Assembly: GCF_964204645.1 (NCBI RefSeq)
Contig: NC_134025.1
Coordinates: 9,610,001 to 9,674,000 of the forward strand
Origin: Tubulanus polymorphus
Taxonomy: Eukaryota; Animalia; Nemertea
DNA length: 64,000 bases
Reading direction: 5' to 3'
Shown in pieces: positions 56,401 through 64,000 of the stretch. The translations under genes were made by a program, and so were the position numbers. The first letter of the stretch is position 1, and every line of letters starts with the position of its first letter. The notes beneath the pieces were generated by a model. It was not told the DNA's origin. It did not search any database and was given only the letters and a program-made list of their open reading frames with translations.

Positions 56401-59400
56401 TGAATACAATCAGCGGCTTCTTGATATTTCTTAGTGTACATTTCATGGTCGTCAACATTTTTCTCGAATCTGTCCAAGAAATCCTTAGCCGATCCTTTCA
56501 AATTATCATACCGTGAATTCAGCTGATTAGCATAATTGGCGACTTTTGGATCACCCGTACTTCCAGAAATCTTTTGTGCTTGGTTCAAAGCATTGGTCAC
56601 TTCAGCTTGGTGTTTCTGAACATCTTCATTTATAACCTAAAATACATTCAGTCAATAATATAGGCGAACTGAAATACATATTGATGACTTAGTTAATGCA
56701 AAGCATGTCTTTCCTTAGATTGAAAATACCTTAAACTTGTCAAGTTGATCTTTCTTGGTTTTAAGATCTGGTTTCAGATTTGATTCTGAACGAATGTTCA
56801 TTTCAGTGTCCTTCAACCATTGAGATAAATTTTCATTCAAGTCATCATAGTCTTTCCACTGGTCGAGAGCATCTTCTAGTTTATTCCTGAAACAAAAAAG
56901 CTATAGAATGAGGCCCAGTTTCTCTTTTGCATTAGAAAAATAGTATGAGAGATAATGAAATAATTCAATCAATTACTTTGTTTGGGAAAGGGTCTGTTTA
57001 AATTCTTCCCATGCATCCTGACTTCCAGCACACATTTCATCAATGAGATGCTGCTTGTCAGGTGGCAATAGCGATCTCAACAATTCAGTTTTATCTCCGA
57101 TCAATTTGGTCTTCATTTCTCCCTCATCAAGACCAGCAATCAGCTCCTGAAATTCATGCTTTCAATGATTAATTTGATACAAGCAGAGTTATATCTATCA
57201 GCCAAACAAAATTAATCAGTCTTACATTGATAGTGGCTAACTTAGCTTCAATGCTGTACTTATCACCAGATATGTCACTACACCATTGCACTTTTTCCTT
57301 AGCTGTGTTCAACCACCGCTGCTGATCTTGTATAGCCTCTTGATGCTGATGTTCTAATGCTTTTTCCAAATTGGTTTCAACCTTTCCTGCACGTTCCAGA
57401 GCATTGTCATATTTTTTGGATAAGATGTTTCCATCTTTGACCATAGCAGATACCTCTGGAGATTTATTGTATTCGACATTCAGGTCGGCAAGCTCCTTTT
57501 GCAATTCCTCCATTTGGTCTTCATCTCTTTTCAAAGCCTCACGGATTTTCTGAAATTCAAATGAATAAACCATCAATCATAGTTTTTGCTCATAGTTAAA
57601 AGTTTCATGCTTGCACACATTCTAACTTATTTTCAAAACTTACTCGTGCTGCTTGAAGACGTTCAGCAATATCTTTATCATCGCCAGATAAATCATCTAG
57701 TTTAGCTAGTTCATCTCGAGCTGCAATAATTCGCTGCTGAACTGCATCCATGTTGTCTTGGATGTTGTCTTTACGTGAGTTATAGTCATCCACCTTGCCT
57801 TCTAAGTCAATAGCAGCTTCTTGAGCTTTTTCAAATTGTTTATCGAGGTCTTTTTCAATTGCACGTAATGCAGCGATTTGTTCTTCACTGCCGCCTAATT
57901 CTTCTAATCGCTTTATTTCAGCCTTGATTTTCTCACGCATAGATTGCATTTGGGGTAAGTCAGTCTAAAATTAAAATCATGCTCATACAACAAATTTGAA
58001 TGCTTCATGAGTGTTTTAATCCTATCAGTAATAAAGGTACCTTGTATTTAGCTAATTTAGCTTCCATTGAAGTCGAATCATCAAAATGCTGAGCACCTTC
58101 TTCTAATTTTCCAATTGTGTTCTCTAACCAAGTATTCACTTCATCTTTTTTATTTGTAATTTCATCCCAATGATCCTTTTGTTCACCTAAATTCTCACGG
58201 CTTGCAGCTAGTTTCTAAAACGTTTTAAACATGTATCAATGAATGTACATACCATGTATAATACTATGAAATAAGGTACAAATTTTGAATGTTAATTAGT
58301 ACATACCTTTGTCATCTCAGCAAATTTATCATTTACTGAAAGAAGTTTAGCTTGTATTTGATCAGTGGTAAAGGCTGGTAAATTCCCACCCTCTGCCATC
58401 AGTTGGGCTCCCTTCGCATTCAGACTTTCCAATTTCACTTTATGTTTAGCCATCACCTGTTCAGCTTTCTGAAGTGGAATACATTTCATAGATTACATAT
58501 CTATACTTTACAACTGATACGAGAAGACAGCTTTAATAAGGAAATTCACCTTGAACTTTTCAAGGGCAGCTTGGACTTCCTCAGGAGAAGCCAGTGATAA
58601 ATCAAGATTCATGAGCTCTTCAACATCCTTGAGAGCCTCTTGTAATTCGTCATCAGATTCATCAAATTCTCTCCACAGGGAATGCACTGCATCAGCTTGG
58701 TTCTCTTTCTCTTTAGCCTGGAATAACATTGAATGATTGATCTTTAACACTTCAGTCACACATTTCCATAATATGAGGAATAAGGAAAGGTTACACATAC
58801 CTTGTCTTGAACATGCTTTATTTCCTTTTCAACAGCTTCAACAAGGGCTCGGATTTGTGCAGCTTTTTCTGGATCTGTGGCCTCCAAATCCTTAGCCTGC
58901 TGTCGCAAGGCTTCAAGTTGTGGATTATTCATGTCAAGTTCACCTCCAATATTCTATCAATAAGAAACAAAAGTAAGTTTAGCCAGTCAATATTAAACAC
59001 ATCAGTGAGATAATTACTTCTTTGAAAAGCTTAATCACCTTCATAAATTCCTTGAATGCAGCAATTTTTTCTGGGGTGACTGGCTGAGCTAATTTCATGT
59101 CATCAATATTCTTTCCTTGAGCTCTTAACCACATCAACATATTTTCACTTATTTGTTCTGAATCTTTTACTTTACCATCGACCTCATCTAGATGTTGTTC
59201 CTTCTGTTGCAGTTTATTAGATACATCATCCACTTTTGTCAACATGTCTTCAATTCTCAATTTAAAACCTAGACTTTGTTTTGAATCAGGATCGGTAATT
59301 TTTTGCTTAGCAATACCCATCAAGTCATCTAACTCATCACTTTGTTCACCCCATTGTCCAAGCACTTTTTTCAACTCTTCTATTTCAGCCTGTACAGCAG

Positions 59401-62400
59401 GAATATCTTCCTTACGTATTTCATTTGACTCGATTTTTCTAACCAATTCTTTCAACCTGTCTTCAGCCTTTTTATGGGTGTCATGATATTCAGTCCATTT
59501 ATCACATAATACATCTCGAGCTTTCACCTGATCATCAGCATCTTTTAATGCATCTTTGAGTTTCTCAATTTTCTCCTTCAATATTTCTTGTTCTTCCGGT
59601 GGCAAATTAGGCAACATAGCTTCCATATCAGTGATTAATTTTTCAATTTCGGGTCTGCGCCTTTTAATATCTTCTTTCATGCCTAAAATCTTATTCTTAT
59701 TGCCTTTCACTTCATCTGCTTTGATGTCTTTAGTCAGATCTAATTTTTCTTGGATTCTGCCCAAGAAATTATTGGCATCTTCTAATCGTGAATACATATC
59801 TTTTTTCTCATCAATTTTCTCCTGCAACTTTTTTATTCTGTCATTTATATTTGCACCAACATCAGACCATTCTTTTTTCAGATCACCCTGTTCATCTGCT
59901 AAAGCCTGAAGCCCTTCTGGTGTCGTAGTAGACCGTAAAACCTGGCTACTTTTCAATGCAGCATTGAGGGTTGGTTGTTCTTTTTGGAGTTGAGCTTGGA
60001 TCATCTATTCAAAGAAATAGAAAATATTATATCTCAAATTTGTGATTTTAGATCATCCTCACTTGAAAAGATCAACATGAAAATAATCTAAACATATAAT
60101 TGCATTTAAATGATAACTAACCTTATATTCCAGTAATTGTTCCTCTAAAACTGGAAGCTGGATACTGTCATAATCTGGATCTTCAGAAAGTTTATCTTCA
60201 AACTCTTCTAATGTTCCCTTTGCTTCCTTCATATCAACGCTGTAAGCCTTCCACTGCGCATGCATACGGTCAATTCTAGCTCCTTTGTCATCTGACGAAG
60301 ACATTATATTGTTCCATTTCCTTTTAAGCTTTTGAATCTCACTGGCAATATTGGGCTGGTCAGTTATCTGATTGGCCTCATCAATAAGACTTTCAAAGAT
60401 GTTACTAAACTCATCACGCTCCTTAAGAAATTCCTGCAAAAAACCAATTCCATAAGTTACATGTGTGAATGAATATTCAGCTCATTTTATGTTGGAGCAA
60501 TGTGATCTTACCTCATGCGTCTGGTAAATTTCAAGGGCATCATCAATGTTATCGCACTTTCTTAATTCACCCTGTAGATACTTGTTAGCTTTATCCATCC
60601 ATGGCTGTAACTCGTCCAAACGATTTTGGTATTGGTTAAAATGGTTCACATTTGATGACAAAACATCAGTTTTTCCAGCAGTCTGACTAAGTAGATTATT
60701 GTATTGTTTGCGAAGATTAGCAATCTTATTCTTCAATGGAGCCGCTTCTCGAGCCGAATAGTTACTGGATAGGTCTTTTGCTTTCTGTTCAAGCTCATCG
60801 AGTACAGCTCCCTGATCTTCAATTTCTCTGAGTACATCCTGTATGATTGAAAGTTCATAAGACTTCATAATATGCAAAACTTCACAGATCAAAATGTATT
60901 AACCAGATAATAAGCTGTTTATGAAATTTACCTGCGCCTGCGCATATTGCATCTCAGGTGACAGTTTAGGATCCAGGGCTTTGTTCAGACGATCTTCCTG
61001 GTCATCCATTACACTATTGAACTCTTCCAATCTCTTCTGGAAATCTTCATGATCTTTATCCATATCATCGAGACTCTGTACTCTTGACTCCAGTTGTTTG
61101 GTTACTGCGTTATATCGGGTATCGATATTATCTAATTCTTTCGCTAAGAATTCCTTTGCTCGATCACCCGTATCAGCACTCAATTCTACGTTAAGAGTTT
61201 TCACCTCTGTCATAACCGGCTCCAGTTCTTGAAGTTGCAATAATTGACGCTTTAAAAAAGAAGAAATAGCATTTCAATATCACCTCTCTGGCTATCACTT
61301 TAAATGTAAGGCGTTTTGACTATAATCCTACCTCTTTGTTCTGCATTTCTTTTCTGAGAGCTTCTGGGCCACTGTTTGTAGCAGATTTGTTTGCTTCAGT
61401 TTCTGCTACTTTTAGATTGTCTTGCATTTTCTTCTTTGAGGATTCATAGTCTTCCCACTTTTGAAGAACTTCCTATTTGAATGAAAGCAAGGGCAATTAA
61501 TTGTAAGAACAACAAACAAAAGAAAATGCATGTGCTTATAATAACTTTTGCTTATCAATTTAATGAAAATTTCATTTTTTTTTAAATAATTTTGACATAT
61601 ATTATTAACAATAAGTTAAACTTACCAGTAGTTTAGCATTCTTGTCCATTGCAGCCTGGCTTACATCGGTCCATTCTTGATCAAGTGTATCCACACATTC
61701 AGGCATGAATGCAGTAGCACTATCATGTGCCTGAAGAACCTTTCCCTCGGCAATGACATCTTCGAGTACACGACCTTCATCATCTATTTTGCTGCACAAT
61801 TTCTAAAGATGAAATGATGAATTGGATATTCTTTCATTGTTAATCATTATAAATACATTTTTAGATTTTATACTTCAAGGATATTAATTGACTGAACACT
61901 GACCTCATAATCTTTAATAGTTCTCTTCAACTTATTTATATCATCTGGTCGCTCTGGTTCTGAAACTTTAGCCTTTATATCAGCAAGCCAAGGCATCTTT
62001 TTGTTCATGACATCTCTCCACTGATAACATGCCAACTTGACCTTAGTTTTCTCATCAGTGGACTCAATTTCTGGCATCAATAGTTTGTAGCGTGCAATCA
62101 CATCTTCAAGTTTCTCTTGAGGGGCTCTAGCATCTGCTTCAGAATAGTCCTGAAGAAGGTCATCAAGTGCATCTACAAGCCATTTGACATCCTCACGTCG
62201 TTGGTCAATATCTGTGACAAGATCCTATCAAGAGAATGCCAAAATATTATTATAATCCACAGATATCTATTGCTCTTGGGTAAACACATTCCTATAAAGT
62301 GCACTCATGACATGGAATAAAAGATCAGTAAGCAGATAGTAAATTGCTATAAGAACATATAAAATATAGGACAACACGAAAGTGGAACAGCCATTGATTA

Positions 62401-63449
62401 CACGTGTACATAAATCATTTTGAAATGATTGAAACCAAATCTCATGCTGATATTTCAATAAATGTTGACGTTCGATAGTTTTACTATAATCATAGAATAT
62501 TTTGACAACATCAATGCAAAACAGCCGTCATGCATACTGTAGTAATGAAGCTGGCACAACATTGAAAAATTCAATCTACTTCAAACGTTACCAGTATTTT
62601 CTGGATTGCATCAATATAAAGCTGTTTCAACTAAAATCAACATATAAAAGGGAAAATACCAAATCATTTCAATGAAATTAAATCAAACTAAGATGTGGTA
62701 GAAAGACATTTTTTCATCCAACAAAAATTCATTTTGAGTACCAGTTATGGAGAAGTACGACTTACATCATATTTGGTAACTTTTTGCTTGTAGTCACTAG
62801 CAGAATCAGTTTCATCATCTAAGTCTTGAATTTGTTTTTCGACGTCTGACATCCAATCCGTGAAATGGTCCAATCTGAGAAAATATTGAAAAATGGTTAT
62901 TATTTTCTTCAATTCTGAAATCAAAATAACATATCAGTGGTATAAAAAATAACCTTTCATTGTACTCGTTCCATTGAGCTGGCATTTCCTGCAAGTATGT
63001 ATTCACACAGTCTATATTGCGACCAACAACGTGCCATCTGTCGAGGTATTCGTCATATGCTTCTTGCAATGATGGGTCCTCAGGATAGTAACGTTTTAAA
63101 CTATCACAGATCACTTTCATATCGTTGAGACATTTTTCACTAGTCGGGAAAAATTCACTGTCATGGAAAACCTCCTGAAATGCACAGATGAAAGTTGTTG
63201 TCGAGTAAAGGACCATGTTTAAAAAATTCAACACTGCATCATCTTCAGCTTTACTGATAAGTTAAATCAACCAAGAGATGAATTTACCTGGTGCTTCTGT
63301 TTAATAGGAGCAAGGTCACCATGTTTATCAATCTCAGCCTGTTGCTCATTTAACAGTTTCTCAGCAGTTTCAAGATTATGTAAGAATGTCTCCTCAGGTT
63401 CAGCAAACTCCAATTTCATTTGGCGGATTGGTGCATGGAACAGCACATG
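1..63449 (-). CDS. SYNE1: Nesprin-1/SYNE1 (MSP-300-like) giant spectrin-repeat gene, internal part (~114 exons; both ends outside window)
   Basis: Continuous phase-compatible chain of minus-strand exons encoding spectrin repeats (helix A Trp, helix C W..L). Segments near the left end (SVLNLCEVLLHD.DAC, QLELLNKQYRHLARE, VWLTEMDIQLTNIEHFSE, IIRAPTPVGP, RWELLEVQA) closely match the C-terminal repeats of vertebrate nesprin-1 as I recall them. Confidence 0.9.
2606..5836 (-). CDS. SYNE1: Spectrin-repeat exons
   Basis: Exons 5648-5836, 5421-5554, 5132-5324, 4422-5051, 3999-4325, 3573-3893, 3166-3480, 2859-3025, 2606-2768; GT-AG, in phase. Confidence 0.85.
6066..11568 (-). CDS. SYNE1: Spectrin-repeat exons
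   Basis: Exons 11407-11568, 11134-11316, 10796-10960, 10547-10714, 10188-10352, 9826-10008, 9157-9438, 8822-9028, 8550-8654, 8294-8440, 8013-8183, 7435-7904, 7138-7300, 6724-7050, 6299-6640, 6066-6209. Confidence 0.85.
11668..15429 (-). CDS. SYNE1: Giant 3762-nt exon (1254 codons): mostly disordered S/D/E/P/Q-rich insert inside one spectrin repeat
   Basis: Acceptor tgtag|GCA at 15429, donor CAG|gtaatg at 11668, phase 0 at both ends, open frame throughout. Starts helical (ALTIQIKSYEERIQSIQLKSRLLAEE) and ends with helix C (QLHELNSCWDSLQQQ). Confidence 0.85.
11884..12286 (-). repeat. Coding tandem duplication, 2 x 201 bp (67 aa), with degenerate copies to ~12520
   Basis: SAPVSD.NQYRSPGHQA.GGDDSIQRYDIPKYIEPEDDTISQE.SLST..STPGGV.N.ET.S.KSE occurs twice; anchors ttctga (11884, 12085) and actaacaggtgcactt (12070, 12271) are 201 nt apart. 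Confidence 0.92.
17122..17157 (-). CDS. Candidate 36-nt microexon (ILGSKADRAHEE)
   Basis: tctactcaagcag|ATA...GAG|gtaaag; phase 0/0, no stop, GC-richer than the flanking intron. Confidence 0.5.
17293..21597 (-). CDS. SYNE1: Divergent spectrin-repeat exons
   Basis: Exons 21274-21597, 20869-21198, 20288-20587, 20045-20190, 19404-19584, 18990-19292, 18359-18685, 17905-18213, 17293-17601. Confidence 0.82.
21792..25273 (-). CDS. SYNE1: Divergent spectrin-repeat exons downstream of the large intron
   Basis: Exons 25155-25273 (KLRSTACHLSEDVE...), 24853-25060, 24260-24589, 23683-23803, 23397-23602, 23059-23201, 22795-22978, 22567-22704, 22211-22372, 21792-22121. Confidence 0.82.
25619..25663 (-). 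CDS. Candidate alternative first coding exon (MNNVHLLKKSVTAIK) for a C-terminal, KASH-side isoform
   Basis: ATG at 25663, strong donor AAG|gtaggt at 25619, phase 0 matching exon 25155-25273. Surroundings are locally CpG-rich; TATCGATA at 25488-25495. Confidence 0.45.
28063..28068 (-). terminator. Putative poly(A) signal AATAAA for the alternative terminal exon (3'UTR ~28050-29382)
   Basis: First AATAAA I found on the minus strand downstream of the stop at 29383; followed by T/GT-rich sequence. Confidence 0.45.
29383..31644 (-). CDS. Alternative terminal exon: 753-aa S/P/R/T-rich disordered tail with QT motifs and C-terminal coiled coil; no KASH or TM segment
   Basis: Acceptor ttttcattttcag|GCT (phase 0) matches donor AAG|gtaggt of exon 37095-37400; 2262-nt open frame ending in a stop codon; GC/CpG richer than neighbouring DNA. 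Confidence 0.85.
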   Translation of the reverse strand, partial: AEARSSSSLNLHDTSTQTPHTSATQTQLSMLKRHRSSPDLEAELKKTEAGKQELGRSAKDPLYTSEQDILKKSGDSYSLGASLGPLGTLGSGYANRPASRGGYSSGDSYDRGPGGLRNSGDHTGISQQFWPYRSATDSKIPNRLLSPKRGTYGSDDTGLGRVTPSRDLLSSSPSPARFHSPGRAPLNEDYLSDFPNEIGVGTSGSLPHASYVNAEDIPTYDFSSQTIPFDNMASQTGRRLYRSSHGAQTDKKRRGLSPKSAADDNLGRKLEDMAEKVQSLKNSVDDLRASPLAKSTSPMINGSHGSGYKLYDDDNESSLWASDREPADSRNFAMQTPSNRRTQTPNHAGTQTKKKPWQRSKPWRKFQTTVDTTDAESDIGVSSRYVPSIHNIETQTPKRAYTQTPENVGVQTNVVGYMNSVDSSMQTPSNARTQTPNGRIKPHDIDPSRGTPRGRALKSLLDTIKNMNSDLAEQNKAAAEDSGFSSGETRKPFKPWMKKKPQNESLREPVNGRYNVEEDNPYKPLNTLPPSVPSRSRSTARYSPPTKDYESPNSRGYSASPMRVVTPPSSIKRRPGSAPRSSSASRLRPERESAPERDRPSIRSPLRPLADYEKYRPPPPRAGDYNYESDRTSTVSSPPPLGPIYTKAVPVFTPAPVYPVSPPQYFTPPPPSQRSSTLNLPRNVDSRDFVRDYNKPSRRPRSPYSPREKYDIVNHNLVSNIDHDLKNVSRKADELRRISERMKDTLSSEIITN
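37095..39573 (-). CDS. SYNE1: Spectrin-repeat exons immediately upstream of the large intron
   Basis: Exons 39406-39573, 39142-39318, 38600-38761, 38343-38513, 37642-37818, 37095-37400; all phase 0. Confidence 0.87.
37452..37590. repeat. A-rich tract followed by an imperfect inverted repeat (possible MITE remnant)
   Basis: A-run 37452-37487; ttttctagcagaaac (~37498) vs gtttttctgctggaaaa (~37571). Confidence 0.4.
39785..48145 (-). CDS. SYNE1: Homogeneous double-spectrin-repeat array, distal half
   Basis: Exons 47981-48145, 47700-47858, 47295-47612, 46638-47117, 46351-46515, 45929-46255, 45678-45830, 45400-45564, 44933-45256, 44660-44812, 43777-43941, 43546-43694, 43118-43448, 42846-43010, 41997-42323, 41101-41886, 40481-40645, 40068-40394, 39785-39937; recurring sizes 165/324-327/153 nt. 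Confidence 0.9.
48854..57549 (-). CDS. SYNE1: Homogeneous double-spectrin-repeat array, proximal half
   Basis: Exons 57226-57549, 56977-57146, 56730-56886, 56319-56636, 55836-56162, 55120-55260, 54543-55031, 53501-54457, 52983-53306, 52746-52898, 52502-52666, 52084-52410, 51848-52000, 51541-51705, 51097-51420, 50061-50213, 49816-49980, 49405-49731, 49137-49289, 48854-49018; motif GE(K/R)LYP.TA..GR(E/D).IRQ(E/D)LR recurs. Confidence 0.9.
51421..51540 (-). other. GC-AG intron
   Basis: Donor CAG|GCATGT. The upstream exon 51541-51705 is then exactly 165 nt like its paralogous exons; no in-phase GT donor before the downstream stop. Confidence 0.75.
51731..51754. repeat. (TA)12 microsatellite, intronic
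   Basis: Directly visible. Confidence 0.9.
53362..53469. mobile_element. Short MITE-like element (Harbinger/Tourist-like)
   Basis: Imperfect terminal inverted repeats gctccagttcaacagtt / aattgtggaactgggtc, flanking CAG duplication (53359-53361, 53470-53472), internal palindromic ttaactc/gagttaa. Confidence 0.55.
57644..63449 (-). CDS. SYNE1: More N-terminal spectrin-repeat exons
   Basis: Exons 63288-63449, 62954-63174, 62766-62874, 61904-62224, 61626-61802, 61332-61472, 60932-61249, 60512-60838, 60122-60433, 59039-60004, 58801-58953, 58550-58717, 58307-58468, 58041-58214, 57644-57964. Confidence 0.86.
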
Positions 63450-64000
63450 CTATAAAACAAATCATGCATCTGTCCTGTAAGACTTTGAGTATATCATACT
63501 ATGCAACTGGACATATAAAATCACAAAATATTGGAAAAATTAGCTGAAATTTGAAAATATGTGAAGCAGGTACGAGATGATCGTATGCTCAGTAGAAATT
63601 CAAGCACAGAAATTAAACACAATAACTAAGTACGGACAAGTAAAATACGGTTGCTTTTTAAAAAGTGCACAGATTTTGACAAATACGAAAATAACATTTA
63701 ACACATATCTTCACACTTCTAGGCCAACTGGTTAACACAACTACTGCTGTCTAACAAATTCAGTCGACCTAATTAGCACCCATATTGCTTTTTTTAAAAG
63801 GCAAAAACATCTGTCTTAAATGCGAAACTACAAATGCTGCGGCTGTCTAACTGGAGCTGTGTGAGTGTTGGTTGAAGAAAGCATCTAGGAAGTATAGGAG
63901 ATAAAATATATATAATATATATTCTAGATGAGTAGTCACTAAAAATATTGAAGAAAGAAATATAACAAAAAATACAAACTTTATTGCTCATCAAAATCGA

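Noticed and set aside
206-62320. Many short plus-strand ORFs (e.g. 12139-12498, 46922-47347, 59556-59909)
   Set aside because: Mostly antisense shadows of minus-strand exons (S/F/L-rich) or AT-rich intronic noise; no coherent gene structure.
1-64000. Dystrophin, spectrin or MACF identity; prokaryotic systems; RNA genes; autonomous transposons
   Set aside because: C-terminal repeat motifs are nesprin-1-like and no EF-hand/GAR/WW/ZZ domains are seen. No operons, CRISPR arrays, tRNA/rRNA, or RT/transposase ORFs were recognisable.

Overview
AT-rich animal (invertebrate-type) genomic DNA with mostly 75-120 nt GT-AG introns. Nearly the whole window is the interior of one giant minus-strand gene encoding a nesprin-1/SYNE1 (MSP-300-like) spectrin-repeat protein. 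I traced about 114 exons by splice sites and phase continuity. The N-terminal CH domains and the C-terminal KASH domain are not in the window. The main observation is an 11.8-kb intron (25274-37094) that splits the rod. It holds an in-phase 2.26-kb alternative terminal exon encoding a KASH-less disordered tail with 13 QT/TQT motifs (LC8-type), an SKIP motif (EB1-type), a PPxY motif and a terminal coiled coil, then a 3'UTR and poly(A) signal. Just before the resumed spectrin exons is a candidate internal first exon. The locus could therefore yield a full-length nesprin, a spectraplakin-like KASH-less N-terminal protein and a separate KASH-bearing C-terminal protein. Other features: a 3762-nt exon inserting ~1200 disordered residues into one spectrin repeat, a 16-unit exon-triplet array with higher-order periodicity and intron gains/losses, a GC-AG intron, a candidate 36-nt microexon, and no LEWD motif where vertebrates have it. 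Comparisons to human nesprin-1 are from memory; no searches were run.
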